A stretch of 64,000 nucleotides of DNA from Synechococcus sp. (GTDB lineage Bacteria > Cyanobacteriota > Cyanobacteriia > PCC-6307 > Cyanobiaceae), in contig JBJBDL010000003.1 in the NCBI GenBank assembly GCA_047285305.1, positions 1,344,001-1,408,000 on the forward strand. Reading direction: 5' to 3'. The notes beneath the pieces were generated by a model. It saw only the letters and a list, made by a program, of their open reading frames with translations. It did no database searches and was not told the DNA's origin. Positions 11,957-23,888 of this stretch are shown piece after piece (the first letter of the stretch is position 1; the number at the start of each line of letters is the position of its first letter). The position numbers were made by a program, and so were the translations under genes.

Positions 11957-13332
11957 CCCTGACGCTGCGTCAGCTGCTTGATGCCTGGGGAACTCCCCAG
12001 GGTGGCAGCTTTGAACCCAATTCCCTTGTGGGACGGGTCTGCACCGACAGCCGACAGCTTCAGGCGGGTGATTTTTTTGTCCCCCTGGTGGGCGAGCGCT
12101 TCGATGGTCATTACTTTCTCGACCAACTGCCTGAACACAAGGTCCAGGCGGCTGTTGTGAGCCGCAGCTGGACTGAACCGTTGCCTTCGGGCCTGTTGCA
12201 TTGGCGGGTGGACGACACACTGCTGGCCTATCAACAGCTGGCCTTGCTCCATCGCCGTGCCCTGGCCAAGCCTCTGGTGGCAGTGACGGGGTCGGCGGGC
12301 AAAACCACAACCCGGGAGTTGATTCGAGCGGCATTGGCTCCGCTGGGAGCGATTCAGGCCAGCGAAGGCAACAACAACAACGACGTTGGCGTCCCCCTCA
12401 CCGTTCTGCGCGCCACCGCAGCTGATGCAGCCCTGGTGATTGAGATGGGCATGCGGGGGGCTGGGGAGATTGAGCGTCTCTCACGCTGCACCGAGCCGGA
12501 TCTTGCGGTGATCACCAACATCGGAACGGCCCACATTGGTCGTCTCGGTAGCCGTGAGGCGATTGCAGCGGCTAAATGTGAAATCACGGCTGGGTTGCAT
12601 CCGAAGGGAACTGTGGTGATTCCCGCCGGCGATCCCCTGCTGGAGTCGGTCTTGGCGGCGGTGTGGTCCGGCCGCGTTCTGCGCGTGCGCCTGGCTGACG
12701 ATCCCGAGGTGGAACCCGATCTGATGAGTTCTGATCGGATTGGAGCCGATTTGGTTGGAGACATCAACGGCGACCAGTTGCTGATCGATGCGGATCGTCT
12801 CCCGCTACAGCTAGAGGGGCGCCACAACGCCCGCAACCTGCTCTTGGCCGTAGCTGTTGCTGACCAGATGGGAGTGCCCCGTAAGGCGTTGCAAGGCATG
12901 CAGGTGACGGTGCCGGGCGGACGCAACCGCCGCCTGCAGCAGGGTGGTTTGACACTCCTCGATGAGACCTACAACGCCTCGCCTGAGGCGGTGTTGGCCG
13001 CTCTTGAGCTGCTGGCGGCGCAACCGGGGCGACGTTTCGCAGTGTTGGGCACCATGCTGGAGCTTGGGGAGCGCAGCCTGGAGCTGCATCAAGAGGTTGC
13101 CGCCCGCGCAGTGCAGCTGGGCCTGGACGGTCTGGTGCTGGTGGATGGCGGTGCGGAGGGCAAGGCGATGGCTGAAGTGGCGGCATCCCTGCCCCACCTG
13201 CAGCTGGTGTCGAATCCCGAAGACGCCGCAGCGCCCTTGGCCGCCTGGCTGAATTCTGGTGATGTTCTGCTGCTCAAGGCCAGCCGCGGTGTCGCCCTGG
13301 AACGGTTGATTCCGCTGTTGCCAAGTCTTTAG
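11953..13332 (+). CDS. murF: UDP-MurNAc-tripeptide--D-Ala-D-Ala ligase
   Basis: TDSR, GERFDGH, TGSAGKTTT, DETYNASP and LLKASRG. Confidence 0.96.
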
Positions 13333-13342
13333 AAAGGCTGGA

Positions 13343-14707
13343 CTAAACCTTTTTTCGTTCCGCCCAGCCGTCCTTGGTCATCTGGCGGGCGCGACCAATT
13401 GCCAGTGCGCCATTCGCCACATCCTTGGTGATCGTTGACCCGGCACCGATGGTGGCGTGTTCACCGACGTAGATGGGGGCAACCAGCACGGAATTGGCAC
13501 CGGTTTTGCTGTTGCTGCCGATAACGGTGCGGTGCTTGTTCACCCCGTCGTAGTTGGCGGTGATTGTTCCGGCTCCCACATTGACCTTCTCCCCTAGTTG
13601 GGCGTCACCGATGTAGCTGAGGTGGTTCACCTTGGTGCCTGCCCCCAGCTGGCTTTTCTTCACCTCCACAAAGTTGCCGATGCGGCAGCCATCGCCGACA
13701 TTGGCGGCCGGCCGTAGGTGAGCAAAGGGACCGATGGCAACGTCGTTGCCGACGTTGGCCTCTCGCACCACGGAGTGCACCACACTGACGTTGGTCCCAA
13801 CCGACACGTCCTCGATCAGGCTGCCGGGGCCGATCCGGGAGTTGTCGCCAATCACGCAGCGGCCGCGGAAGTGGGTTTGCGGTTCGATCACTACATCGCG
13901 GCCGAAGCGGCAGCCTTCACTGAGGGTGCAGCTTTCGGGATCAACGAAGGTGACCCCTTCATCCATCCAGTGGTGGCGCAACCGTTGCTGCAGCAAGGCT
14001 TCACACTGGGCCAGTTGCCGCCGGTTGTTGATGCCGTTCACCTCATCGGCATCGGCCACCTCAAGGTGCATGGCCTTAGGCAGCATCGCCACCGTGTCGG
14101 TGAGATAGAGCTCCCCCTGATCGTTGTCGGTGCTGAGCTTCGGCAGAACGTTGGCCAGGGCCGTCCAGTTGAAGCAGTAGATCCCGGCGTTGGTGAGGTT
14201 GTTGCTGCGTTGCTCGTCCGTGCAATCGCGATGCTCAATGATGCTGCTCACCTGGCCCTCGGCATCGGCGAACACACGCCCGTAACCGGTGGGATCCTCG
14301 AGCCGCGCCGTCAGCAGGGTGACATCGGCACCGCTGGCACGGTGCTGTTGCACCAATGCTTCTACTGTTTTACTTCGCAGCAGCGGCACATCGCCATTGA
14401 GCACGAGCAGTTCCCCTTCAAAGCCCTGCAGCGATGGGATCAGCTGTTGCACCGCATGCCCCGTGCCGTTCTGGGGCTGCTGCAGAACAAATTCCAGGTC
14501 TCCTAGCGGAGCCAGTTGCTGCTCCACCCGTTCGGCTTGATGCCCAACGATCAGCAGGCGCCGTTCCGGTTGCAGGTTGCCCGCACTGGCGAGCACCCGT
14601 TCCACAAGGGTGGCCCCCGCCAGCGGTTGCAGCACTTTCGGGAGTGCGCTCTTCATGCGGGTGCCTTTTCCAGCGGCCAGTACGGCTACGGCAAGCATGC
14701 GGAGCAA
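13343..14707 (-). CDS. glmU: bifunctional GlcNAc-1-P uridyltransferase/GlcN-1-P acetyltransferase
   Basis: [11 protein letters not shown], hexapeptide repeats, [12 protein letters not shown]. Confidence 0.97.
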   Translation of the reverse strand: MLRMLAVAVLAAGKGTRMKSALPKVLQPLAGATLVERVLASAGNLQPERRLLIVGHQAERVEQQLAPLGDLEFVLQQPQNGTGHAVQQLIPSLQGFEGELLVLNGDVPLLRSKTVEALVQQHRASGADVTLLTARLEDPTGYGRVFADAEGQVSSIIEHRDCTDEQRSNNLTNAGIYCFNWTALANVLPKLSTDNDQGELYLTDTVAMLPKAMHLEVADADEVNGINNRRQLAQCEALLQQRLRHHWMDEGVTFVDPESCTLSEGCRFGRDVVIEPQTHFRGRCVIGDNSRIGPGSLIEDVSVGTNVSVVHSVVREANVGNDVAIGPFAHLRPAANVGDGCRIGNFVEVKKSQLGAGTKVNHLSYIGDAQLGEKVNVGAGTITANYDGVNKHRTVIGSNSKTGANSVLVAPIYVGEHATIGAGSTITKDVANGALAIGRARQMTKDGWAERKKV

Positions 14708-14734
14708 GGGGAAGACGGGCGGAATCTACCGGGC

Positions 14735-15652
14735 TCAGTACTGAGTGTCCCTGCGCCAGCGCCTTTGCCAGGCATTGGTGGGTTCATGACCGCAGTGCTC
14801 CTGTTCAAGGCGGCGGCGCTCAAGGATGTCTGCAGCTGTGGCGTTGCCCTGGGGATCACGAAATGGCACGGCCGCCCGGGTCTGTAGGTGTTCCCACTCC
14901 ATCGCCGAGAGGGGGCGCCAACCGGGGCCTTCCAGAGGACAGGCGGCGTCTGCAGGCGTGGCCATGGTGCCGCTGCTCCACCCGACCCGTTCGCCCGGGG
15001 CAGGTAGCAGGGAATACAGGCTCAAGCCCCCTCGCTTTAGGCTGGCACGTACCGCCGCTGAACGGCTGTAGGTCAGCAACCGTCCCTGCGAAGCCAAGCG
15101 CTGCGCTAGCGCTCCAAGGAATTCTTCGCTCCATAGTTCCGGGCAGCGCTGGGGGGAGAAGGCGTCCAACAGCACCAGATCAAAGCGAACGGGTTCAGGA
15201 ATCTCCTGGAGCATCGATCGGGCATCGCCCCAGAGCTGGATCCCTTGGCTGTTGGGCTCTTTCCAGCCGCCGTAGTCGCGAATGGCTTCAAGCCTCGCCA
15301 GCACAGGGGTTGACCAGAAGGATTGGAAGCTTGCCTGCCTCAAGGCTTGTTCCAAGGGGCGGCGGTCCAGCTCAAGCCCCCACCACTGCAGCTTCGGCCC
15401 TGCCGTAGGCAAGGCCTCCAGCACAGCTGCCGTGTTGTAGCCGAGCCCCAGGCACACATCCAGGATCCTAAATTCTGTGCCGCCGCTGAAGCGCTGCAGC
15501 TCCGCGGGTTGGACAAACTTGGCTCGGGCCTCATTCAGGGCTCCCGCCGAGTTGTGAAAAGCCTCGCCGAAGTGATCGCTGTGCAGGCTGAAGCTGCCAT
15601 CCGCCGTCGGATAGACGCGGAGCGCACCAAGCTCAGCAGCGGAGCCGTTCAA
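14735..15652 (-). CDS. MnmC/MnmD-like tRNA methyltransferase
   Basis: TADGS..L...GEAFH...GA, LGLGYN and [13 protein letters not shown]. Confidence 0.85.
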   Translation of the reverse strand: MNGSAAELGALRVYPTADGSFSLHSDHFGEAFHNSAGALNEARAKFVQPAELQRFSGGTEFRILDVCLGLGYNTAAVLEALPTAGPKLQWWGLELDRRPLEQALRQASFQSFWSTPVLARLEAIRDYGGWKEPNSQGIQLWGDARSMLQEIPEPVRFDLVLLDAFSPQRCPELWSEEFLGALAQRLASQGRLLTYSRSAAVRASLKRGGLSLYSLLPAPGERVGWSSGTMATPADAACPLEGPGWRPLSAMEWEHLQTRAAVPFRDPQGNATAADILERRRLEQEHCGHEPTNAWQRRWRRDTQY

Positions 15653-16958
15653 GTTCGTCCCAGAACGAGGGATAAGACACGGCTGCAGCTTCGCTTCTCG
15701 CCAGGCTCGAGTTGCCGTCGGCGAGCATGGCTGCCACGCCGAGGCTCATCGCCACCCGGTGATCGGTTTCGCTGTCCAGCAGGGCTCCCTTGAGCGGTCG
15801 ACCGCCGCGGATGGTCATGCCGTCCTCATGTTCATCAATGTCGGCTCCCATAGCCTTGAGCTGACGCGCCATCACCGCCAGCCGATCGGTTTCCTTTACC
15901 CGCAGTTCAGACGCTCCACTAATCCGGCTTTCGCCCTCGCAGAAACAGGCGGCGACGCTGAGGATCGGCACTTCATCCACGAGGCGGGGCATGATCTGCT
16001 CGCCAAAGTTGAAAGGTTTCAACGGGCCGTGGGTCACCCGCAGATCGCCTACCGGTTCACCCGCCACGTCGCGGGGGTTGAGCACCTCGATCCTGGCACC
16101 CATCTGCTCCAGCACCTCCAGGATCCCTGTACGTGTTGGGTTCAGCCCCACGTTTTCGATGGTGAGATCGGCACCTGGAATCAGGGCTCCAGCCACAAGC
16201 CAGAAAGCCGCCGAGCTGATATCGCCAGGGACCACCACATTCTGGCTCTGCAGGGTGGCGCCGGGACGCACGCTGATGTGCCGCCCCATTTCGCCGCCAA
16301 CGGTCAGATCGGCACCGAAGGCCTTCAGCATCCGCTCGCTGTGATCACGGGACTGGGCCGGTTCGATCACCGTGGTGGGGCTCTCGGCCGTGAGCGCAGC
16401 CAGAAGAAGGGCTGATTTCACCTGAGCACTCGCCACGGGCGTGCCGATCACCGTTCCTTTCAACTGGCGCCCCTGCACCGCCAGCGGCGCCAGGTTGCCC
16501 CCATCACGGCCACGCACATCCGCACCCATCGAGGCCAACGGTTGGCCTACCCGACGCATCGGGCGGCGGCGCAGGGAGGCATCGCCATCCAGCACGAAGT
16601 GGCGGCCGTCGCGGCCCGCCAGCAGGCCCAGCATTAATCGCATCGTGGTGCCGGAGTTGCCGCAGTCGAGCACTTCTGCTGGCTCCTGCAATCCGTCCAG
16701 GCCAACCCCTTCAACGGTGACGATGCCGCCATCGGTGATCGGGCTGATGCTGACGCCCATGGCCCGCAGGCAGGCGGCTGTGCTCAGGGGGTCTTCGGCT
16801 GGGAGCAAACCATCAATGGTTGTGGTGCCCTCTGCGATGGAGCCAAACAGCAGCGATCGGTGCGAGATCGATTTATCGCCAGGAACCTTCACTCGTCCCT
16901 GGAGGCTTCCTCCGGCCTTGAGCTCACGGGGGTCGTCGAATTGGCCTGTGCCGCTCAA
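15633..16958 (-). CDS. aroA: EPSP synthase
   Basis: [37 protein letters not shown]. Confidence 0.97.
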   Translation of the reverse strand: MSGTGQFDDPRELKAGGSLQGRVKVPGDKSISHRSLLFGSIAEGTTTIDGLLPAEDPLSTAACLRAMGVSISPITDGGIVTVEGVGLDGLQEPAEVLDCGNSGTTMRLMLGLLAGRDGRHFVLDGDASLRRRPMRRVGQPLASMGADVRGRDGGNLAPLAVQGRQLKGTVIGTPVASAQVKSALLLAALTAESPTTVIEPAQSRDHSERMLKAFGADLTVGGEMGRHISVRPGATLQSQNVVVPGDISSAAFWLVAGALIPGADLTIENVGLNPTRTGILEVLEQMGARIEVLNPRDVAGEPVGDLRVTHGPLKPFNFGEQIMPRLVDEVPILSVAACFCEGESRISGASELRVKETDRLAVMARQLKAMGADIDEHEDGMTIRGGRPLKGALLDSETDHRVAMSLGVAAMLADGNSSLARSEAAAVSYPSFWDELERLRC

Positions 16959-16982
16959 GGTTGTTTCGTCGTTGGGCTGATC

Positions 16983-18545
16983 CTATTGGCCGGTCTTCAG
17001 GCCTTGAATCAGGCGATCGAGGGCATAGCCGAACAGGCTGGGGTCGGGGTCGTCGGCGCCGAGGTCCTCCAGACCCAGCTCGGCCCAGCGGTCGCTGACC
17101 CGTTGTTCCAGATCCGCAGGACGGCTGAGGGGTTCACCCCATTCGTGATTTTTCTCAGGTCCCACCTTGGTGGTGGCATCAATGGCCAGTCGCCCCCCCA
17201 GGCCCAACTGCTCGCTGGCGAAGTCCAGGCTGTCGAAGGGGGTGTTCTCCAGGGTGAACAGGTCGCGCTGGGGATCCACCTGGGCCGCGATGGCCCAGAC
17301 CACCTGACGCGGGTCGCGCACGTTGATGTGACTGTCCACCACCACAACGAACTTGGTGTAGGTGAATTGCGGCAGGGCACTCCAGAAGGCCATGGCAGCA
17401 CGCTTAGCCTGCCCCGGATAGGCCTTGTCTATCGAGATCACCGCCAGCTTGTAGCTGAGGGCTTCCATCGGCAGGAAGAAGTCGGTGATCTCTGGAATCT
17501 GCTGCCGCAGGATCGGCGTGTAGATCCGGTTCAGCGCGATGGCCAGCATCGCTTCTTCCTTGGGAGGACGGCCGCTGAAGGTGGTGAGAAACACCGGATC
17601 CCGCCGTTGGGTCATGCAGTGGAAGCGCACCAGAGGTGAGTCCTCCACACCGCCGTAGAACCCCATGTGATCTCCGAAGGGACCATCCGGCAGCACTTCA
17701 CCAGGGGTGATCGTTCCCTCCAGCACCACTTCGCTGTGGCTGGGCACCTGCAAGTCGATGGTTTTGCAGGGGGCCAGACGAACCCCCTCTCCGGCATAGA
17801 TGCCTGCGAACAGCCACTCACTGAGTTGCACCGGGATCGGTGTGGCGGCGGCCATAACCAGCAGCGGGTGCACGCCGATGGCCACCGCTACCTCCAGCTT
17901 CTTCCCCATGGCGGCAGCCTTGCGCAGGTGGCGGGCACCGCCGCGCACGCTTAACCAGTGCACGGTCATCGTGTTCACCGACTGCTTCTGGAGCCGGTAA
18001 ACACCCACGTTGGGGACACCGGTTTCGGGGTCTTTGGTGATCACCAGTCCAAGCGTGATCACGCCCCCGGCATCTCCTGGCCAGGGCCGGATCAGGGGGA
18101 TGTTGTCGAGATCAACCTCATCGCCACGGAACACCTGCTGACGGCAGGGGGGTGTGAGGTCGCGGTCGGGCTTGGCCCTTACCAGGTCCCAGAAGACCCG
18201 GGCGAACTGTTTGGTTTCCTCCAGGCCTTTGGGGGGGCGGGGTTGCTGCAGCAGGGCCAGACGTGACCCCAGCTCCTCTAGTTGCTCGGCCCGTTCGAGG
18301 CCCATGCTCCACACCACCCGTTCCACGGTGCCGAGGATGTTGACGGCCACTGGCATCGACGAGCCGATCACGTTCTCGAATAGAAGAGCGGGCCCTCCTT
18401 GGCTCAGCACCCGGTCGGCAATGGCCGCCAGCTCAAGGTCGGGATCCACCGGTGCCGTGATCCGGCGCAACTGGCCGCGGTCCTCGAGCAGCTTGAGGAA
18501 GCCCCGCAGATCTTGGGTGGCCGGACCGGATTGGAACAGGGCCAT
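16983..18545 (-). CDS. ubiD: UbiD-family decarboxylase (4-hydroxy-3-polyprenylbenzoate)
   Basis: [26 protein letters not shown]; start moved to MALFQ at 18545. Confidence 0.92.
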   Translation of the reverse strand: MALFQSGPATQDLRGFLKLLEDRGQLRRITAPVDPDLELAAIADRVLSQGGPALLFENVIGSSMPVAVNILGTVERVVWSMGLERAEQLEELGSRLALLQQPRPPKGLEETKQFARVFWDLVRAKPDRDLTPPCRQQVFRGDEVDLDNIPLIRPWPGDAGGVITLGLVITKDPETGVPNVGVYRLQKQSVNTMTVHWLSVRGGARHLRKAAAMGKKLEVAVAIGVHPLLVMAAATPIPVQLSEWLFAGIYAGEGVRLAPCKTIDLQVPSHSEVVLEGTITPGEVLPDGPFGDHMGFYGGVEDSPLVRFHCMTQRRDPVFLTTFSGRPPKEEAMLAIALNRIYTPILRQQIPEITDFFLPMEALSYKLAVISIDKAYPGQAKRAAMAFWSALPQFTYTKFVVVVDSHINVRDPRQVVWAIAAQVDPQRDLFTLENTPFDSLDFASEQLGLGGRLAIDATTKVGPEKNHEWGEPLSRPADLEQRVSDRWAELGLEDLGADDPDPSLFGYALDRLIQGLKTGQ

Positions 18546-18608
18546 GGGATGACGGTCTCGGCGCAAGCGGTCTCGGTACTGTGTCGCACGCCGGTGTTCA
18601 GCGTGGCC

Positions 18609-19340
18609 ATGCAGATCTACTACTTCCATGTGCCGGCAGAGATGCCGCAGGACCTTCGCCCCGATGCGGCGGTGGTGATTGACGTCCTGCGGGCCACCAC
18701 CACCATTGCCTGGGCGTTGCACAACGGTGCCGAGGCGGTGCAGGCCTTCGCCAGGCTCGACGATCTGCGCGCTGCTGCAGCGGCGTGGTCTGCCGATGCG
18801 CGTCTTCTCCTTGGTGAGCGCGGTGGGCAGATGCTCGAGGGATTTGACCTGGGCAATTCACCTGTTGCCGTGACGCCGGAGCGGGTGGCTGGCAAGCGTC
18901 TGTTCATGAGCACCACCAATGGCACCCGTGCTCTCGATCGTGTCCGCGAGGTTCCCCTGCTGCTAACGGCGGCGTTGCCGAACCGTGAAGCTGTGGCCCA
19001 GCGCTTGCTGGCGAAACAACCCAGCCAAGTGGCGATTGTCGGTAGCGGTTGGGAGGGGGCCTATTCCCTCGAGGATTCCCTGGCCGCTGGTGCCTTGGGC
19101 CATCGCTTGCTGGAGCTGGATCCCACTGGAAGCAGTGCCGCCAATGACGAACTCACGGCAGCCGTCTCTCTCTGGCGTCAGTGGCAATCCGAACCAGAGG
19201 CTTGTCTTCGCACGGCGACCCATGGTCAGCGCTTGATTCGCCTGGGCGATCACGATGCCGATTTCCGTTGCTGTGCTGGACTCGATCAGCTCAGTGTCGT
19301 TCCGACACAGGAAGAGCCTGGGGTGCTTCGGGTGGCCTGA
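18609..19340 (+). CDS. comB: 2-phosphosulfolactate phosphatase family protein
   Basis: [27 protein letters not shown] and SLED. Confidence 0.9.
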   Translation: MQIYYFHVPAEMPQDLRPDAAVVIDVLRATTTIAWALHNGAEAVQAFARLDDLRAAAAAWSADARLLLGERGGQMLEGFDLGNSPVAVTPERVAGKRLFMSTTNGTRALDRVREVPLLLTAALPNREAVAQRLLAKQPSQVAIVGSGWEGAYSLEDSLAAGALGHRLLELDPTGSSAANDELTAAVSLWRQWQSEPEACLRTATHGQRLIRLGDHDADFRCCAGLDQLSVVPTQEEPGVLRVA

Positions 19341-19368
19341 CTCTCACTAAAGTTCGCTCATCTGATCA

Positions 19369-20196
19369 GTGCATGTGAGCGACTTCCTGGCGGCTGCTGT
19401 CCAGCTGACGAGCGGTCAGGTCCCGGAGCTCAACTTCAATGCAGCTGAAGAGCAGATCGATCTGGCTGCTCGCCGTGGTGCCGAGCTAATCGGTCTGCCG
19501 GAGAATTTCGCCTTCATGGGCGAGGACAGCCGGCGCCTGGAGCTGGCTCCGACCCTGGCGGAGCAGAGCAGTCGCTTCCTGGTGACTATGGCGCGTCGTT
19601 ATCAGGTGGCTCTGCTTGGTGGTGGTTTTCCTGTGCCGGTGGGTGATGGATCGCGAACCCTGAACCGCGCTGAGCTTGTCGACCGCGACGGCATGCTCCT
19701 GGGCCGTTACGACAAGATTCACCTGTTTGATGTCGACCTGCCGGATGGCAACACCTACCGCGAGTCGGCAACGGTGAACCCAGGTAGGGATCTGCCTCCG
19801 GTGGTTGAGATTCCTGGTCTCTGCAAGGTGGGGCTGTCCATTTGTTACGACGTACGGTTTCCTGAGCTTTATCGCCATCTCGTCGGTGCCGGCGCAGACC
19901 TGTTGATGATCCCTGCGGCATTCACGGCCTTCACCGGAAAAGACCACTGGCAGGTGCTTCTGCAGGCCAGGGCCATTGAAAACACGGCTTATGTCCTCGC
20001 TCCGGCTCAGACAGGTGTCCATCACGGTCGCCGTCAGAGCCATGGACACGCCCTGGTGATTGATCCCTGGGGAACGGTCCTCGCTGATGCGGGTGTCCAG
20101 GCGGGAGCAGCCATTGCTCCGGTGAACACCAATCACCTTGGTCATGTTCGGGGACAGATGCCGAGCCTTCGGCACCGCCAACCCACGCTGTTCTGA
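19369..20196 (+). CDS. carbon-nitrogen hydrolase (Nit1/deaminated glutathione amidase-like)
   Basis: Catalytic triad motifs LPEN, YDKIHLFD and ICYDVRFPE. Confidence 0.92.
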   Translation: MHVSDFLAAAVQLTSGQVPELNFNAAEEQIDLAARRGAELIGLPENFAFMGEDSRRLELAPTLAEQSSRFLVTMARRYQVALLGGGFPVPVGDGSRTLNRAELVDRDGMLLGRYDKIHLFDVDLPDGNTYRESATVNPGRDLPPVVEIPGLCKVGLSICYDVRFPELYRHLVGAGADLLMIPAAFTAFTGKDHWQVLLQARAIENTAYVLAPAQTGVHHGRRQSHGHALVIDPWGTVLADAGVQAGAAIAPVNTNHLGHVRGQMPSLRHRQPTLF

Positions 20197-20201
20197 GCGC
20201 C

Positions 20202-21296
20202 ATGGCTCCGGCCTCGTCCCGACGGATGGCCTGGCTTCTGGCTGCAGCCCTGCAGTGCACGGCCTTCACCCAAGCGTTGCCTGCCCGAGCCGCCAGTGCC
20301 TTGGCCGCCTGGGCCTTCACGGAGAAGGGGGTTCTCAAGCTGCGCACCAGCCGGAACGCTCGATTGGAGGCGTTTTTTCAGGCCGCCAGCGATGGCCGCG
20401 GCACCCGGGTCTGGATTGACATTCCAGGTGAGCTGAGATTCCCGCGGCGCCTGGCGGGACGCGGTGCCGTCCGTGAGATCCGGCTTGGCAAACCCCGCGC
20501 GGGGGCCACCCGTCTGGTGGTGGAATTCCGCCCTGATGTGGATCTCAACCCCAACGATCTGCGCCTGCGTGGAACCGCTCCGGACCGCTGGGAACTTGTG
20601 TTCACCGGCCTGCCCACCCGCGGCTTGGATGATTTCGGTGAAGGCGACCTCAGCGGTCGTGCCACGGCTTGGCTCCCACCTGGTGGCTTCCGTCCCACCC
20701 GCACGCCGGTGGATCCTTCCGGGCTTCCCACGGTGGTCCGCAACCGGTTTCGCATCGTGATCGATCCCGGTCATGGCGGCCCTGATCCGGGGGCCATCGG
20801 CATTGGTGGTCTGCGCGAGACCGACGTGGTTTTGGATGTGTCGCTGCAGGTGGCCGACCTGCTGCGGGCGAGGGGCGTGGATGTGCGCTTGACCCGCACC
20901 CGCGAAGTGGATGTGGACCTGCCGCCGCGGGTGTCCCTGGCGAACCGCAGTGGGGCCACGGCCTTCGTGAGTATCCATGCCAATGCCTTGAGCATGAACC
21001 GTCCGGATGTGAACGGGATCGAGACGTTCTTCTTCTCGGACCCCCGTTCTGGACGCCTCGCGTCCTACCTGCAGCAGCAGATGATGGACGTGTCCCCCGG
21101 AACACCGAATCGCGGTGTCAGACGCGGTCGATTCTTCGTGATCCGGCGCAGCACCATGCCTTCGGCCCTGGTGGAGATGGGATTCGTCACTGGGGCGATT
21201 GATGCGCCGCGTCTGGCCAAGGCCAACCATCGCCGCCGCCTGGCGTTGGCCCTGGCGGCCGGCATCCTCAACTACCTCAAGCAGGAGGTGCGATGA
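20202..21296 (+). CDS. N-acetylmuramoyl-L-alanine amidase (AMIN + Amidase_3)
   Basis: IDPGHGGPDPGA, VSIHAN and LVEMGF; signal peptide. Confidence 0.93.
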   Translation: MAPASSRRMAWLLAAALQCTAFTQALPARAASALAAWAFTEKGVLKLRTSRNARLEAFFQAASDGRGTRVWIDIPGELRFPRRLAGRGAVREIRLGKPRAGATRLVVEFRPDVDLNPNDLRLRGTAPDRWELVFTGLPTRGLDDFGEGDLSGRATAWLPPGGFRPTRTPVDPSGLPTVVRNRFRIVIDPGHGGPDPGAIGIGGLRETDVVLDVSLQVADLLRARGVDVRLTRTREVDVDLPPRVSLANRSGATAFVSIHANALSMNRPDVNGIETFFFSDPRSGRLASYLQQQMMDVSPGTPNRGVRRGRFFVIRRSTMPSALVEMGFVTGAIDAPRLAKANHRRRLALALAAGILNYLKQEVR

Positions 21297-22090
21297 CGCC
21301 ACAACTGCTGGGGTTCTTCGACAGCGGCCTGGGGGGGCTGACGGTTCTGCGTCGGGTGCTCGAACGCCATGGACCGGTTCCCTGCGTCTACCTCGGTGAT
21401 ACGGCCCGGGTTCCCTATGGCAACCGTCAACCGGATGACATCCGGCGCATCGCCGCAGAAGTGGTGGGTTGGTTGCGCGACCAACAGGTCTCCACGGTGG
21501 TGATGGCCTGCAACACCACCAATGCTCTGGCGAGGGATGTGGCCGAAGGACAGGCCGGGGTACCGGTGATTGGTCTGATCGGCGCCGCCGCAGCGATGGT
21601 GGAAACGCGCCGTGTTGGCGTGCTGGCAACACCAGCCACCGTGGCCTCCTCGGCCTATCGGGCCAGCATTGAAGCGCTTCATCCCGGCTCGGTGGTGATC
21701 GAGCAGGCCTGTCCTGCCTTTGTGCCCCTGATCGAAGCCGGCGAGATGAACAGCGACGACCTGCGTCGTGCGGCCCAGGCCTATCTCGAACCCTTGCTGG
21801 CGGCTTCCGTGGACTCGATCGTGCTGGGTTGCACCCATTACCCGTTATTAGTGCCCCTGTTGCGTCAGCTGCTGCCGGAGTCGGTCCAGATCATTGACCC
21901 GGCCATTGGCGTGGCCCGGCAACTGGATGCCGTTCTGGGGCCACCGGCGCGCATCTCGCCGGCTCCAAGGTCGTTTTCCTTGGAGAGCTGCCGCTTCTGC
22001 GTCACCGCGGAACCCGATGGCTTCGCAGTGCGCGCCACTCCCTGGCTGGGCCAGCGGCCTGCAGTCAGCCTCCAGCTGCTGCAGGACTGA
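21293..22090 (+). CDS. murI: glutamate racemase
   Basis: FDSGLGGL, ACNT and LGCTHYP. Confidence 0.96.
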   Translation: MTPQLLGFFDSGLGGLTVLRRVLERHGPVPCVYLGDTARVPYGNRQPDDIRRIAAEVVGWLRDQQVSTVVMACNTTNALARDVAEGQAGVPVIGLIGAAAAMVETRRVGVLATPATVASSAYRASIEALHPGSVVIEQACPAFVPLIEAGEMNSDDLRRAAQAYLEPLLAASVDSIVLGCTHYPLLVPLLRQLLPESVQIIDPAIGVARQLDAVLGPPARISPAPRSFSLESCRFCVTAEPDGFAVRATPWLGQRPAVSLQLLQD

Positions 22091-22127
22091 GCGTGGGACC
22101 ACTAGGATCGCGGCGCCGAGGGGAGTC

Positions 22128-23099
22128 ATGAGCACCGTTACCGAGCTACTCCAACCGGTAGAGACAGATCTTGAAACCCTGCTCGGAGACCTGCGCAGCC
22201 TGATCGGGGCAGGTCATCCCATTCTCCAGGCCGCTGCCGAGCATCTGTTCAGCGCCGGCGGCAAGCGGTTGCGTCCTGGCATTGTTCTGCTTCTGTCGCG
22301 GGCCCTGTCCGCGCGAGGAGAGCTCTCGCCCCGCCACCGCCGCCTGGCTGAGATCACCGAAATGATCCATACGGCCTCCCTCGTTCACGACGATGTGGTG
22401 GATGAGGCTTCGACCCGGCGCGGGGTGGACACGGTCCACAGCCGGTTCGATGCCCGGGTTGCTGTTCTTGCCGGCGACTTCCTCTTTGCACAGGCCAGCT
22501 GGCACCTTGCCAACCTCGATGACCTCGATGTAGTCAAGCTGCTCAGCCGCGTGATCATGGATCTCGCGGATGGGGAGGTGAAGCAGGGCCTCTACCGATT
22601 CGACACGGCCCAAACCTTTGAGACCTACCTCGAAAAGAGCTACTGCAAGACGGCATCCCTGATTGCCAACAGCTGTCGTGCCGCAGGAGTCCTCAGCGGC
22701 TGCTCGCCGTCCCAGCTCGACAGCCTCTATCAATTTGGTCGGCAGTTGGGCCTAGCCTTCCAGGTGGTGGATGACATCCTCGATTTCACCGGAAGCGACC
22801 AGCAGCTCGGTAAGCCGGCCGCCAGTGATCTAGCCAGCGGCTATCTCACCGCACCCACCTTTTATGCCCTTGAGGAGCATCCATCGCTGCAGCCGTTGAT
22901 CGCTCGCCAGTTCTCCGAGCCCGGTGACCTGGATAAGGCACTGGAGATGGTGCGGGCATCTAAGGCGATTGAACGCACCCGTGAGTTGGCGGAAACCTTT
23001 GCCCGCGAATCCCGTGAATCGATCGCTTGGCTGCCGGAGTCTTCGGCGCAACGCGCCTTGATGGAACTGCCGGACTTTGTCCTCAGCCGCCTGTACTGA
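22128..23099 (+). CDS. sds: solanesyl diphosphate synthase
   Basis: GGKRLRP, HDDVVD and FQVVDDILD aspartate-rich motifs. Confidence 0.92.
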   Translation: MSTVTELLQPVETDLETLLGDLRSLIGAGHPILQAAAEHLFSAGGKRLRPGIVLLLSRALSARGELSPRHRRLAEITEMIHTASLVHDDVVDEASTRRGVDTVHSRFDARVAVLAGDFLFAQASWHLANLDDLDVVKLLSRVIMDLADGEVKQGLYRFDTAQTFETYLEKSYCKTASLIANSCRAAGVLSGCSPSQLDSLYQFGRQLGLAFQVVDDILDFTGSDQQLGKPAASDLASGYLTAPTFYALEEHPSLQPLIARQFSEPGDLDKALEMVRASKAIERTRELAETFARESRESIAWLPESSAQRALMELPDFVLSRLY

Positions 23100-23108
23100 G
23101 CAGCGACT

Positions 23109-23759
23109 TCAACACAACAGTTTCAATGCAACAGCCAAGCTGTTGATTCCACAGGGGTTGGTGTTCAGGTCGGGTTGGTCTGAGCCTTTGGGGCTCACCA
23201 GCCAGACCTGACACCCGGCCCCAAGGGCCGATTGGCTGCCGGCCTGGGAATCCTCCAGAGCCCAGCAGTTGCTCGGGTTGAGCCCCAAGCGGTGGGCGGC
23301 AAGCCGAAAGGGTGCTGGGTCGGGTTTGCCCGCGTCGAGCTCGGGATCGTCACCGTAGACCCGTTCCTTGATCAGCTCGAGCCAGGGATGGGGGGCTGCT
23401 TTGAACGCAACGGCATCGCGGCTGCTGCTTGTCACCAGTGCCATGGGGATGCCCCGGTTGTGGCAATGCGCCACCAGTTCCTGCGCGGCAGGCATCGGGG
23501 CAGCATCCGGAAGCAGGGCACGCACGATCGGCTGCTGCACTGCCAACAGGGCATCCGCGCCCACCGGTTTCGCCAGCCATGCATCCACCTGGGCCGCACA
23601 GTCGAGCCGGCGACGGCCCTTCAGCTGCATCAACTGGGCCTCGCTCAGCTGGGTGCCGAAGTGGGCCGCGGCTTCACACCAGCCCCGGCCATGCAGCGGC
23701 TCGGTGTCGAGCAGAAGCCCATCCAGATCGAACAGGCAAGCGGCAGGTGGCAGTTTCAT
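23109..23759 (-). CDS. HAD-family phosphatase
   Basis: FDLDGLLLDTE, GKPDP and LEDS. Confidence 0.92.
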   Translation of the reverse strand: MKLPPAACLFDLDGLLLDTEPLHGRGWCEAAAHFGTQLSEAQLMQLKGRRRLDCAAQVDAWLAKPVGADALLAVQQPIVRALLPDAAPMPAAQELVAHCHNRGIPMALVTSSSRDAVAFKAAPHPWLELIKERVYGDDPELDAGKPDPAPFRLAAHRLGLNPSNCWALEDSQAGSQSALGAGCQVWLVSPKGSDQPDLNTNPCGINSLAVALKLLC

Positions 23760-23888
23760 CCCGGGATGGCGATGCCCAGCTCAATCCTTTCGCATCGACT
23801 GCAACATCGTCCGACGGATTGATACGGGACCTGGATCAAGCGGGGTCCTGCTCCTTACCCTTCCAGGAGAAGCACTGCGCAGTCTGCT

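Noticed and set aside
20142..21632. Long antisense ORFs (e.g. 496 aa here; also 40551-42017, 7796-9034, 9456-10616)
   Set aside because: They are shadow frames of well-supported genes in GC-rich DNA and carry no recognisable motifs.
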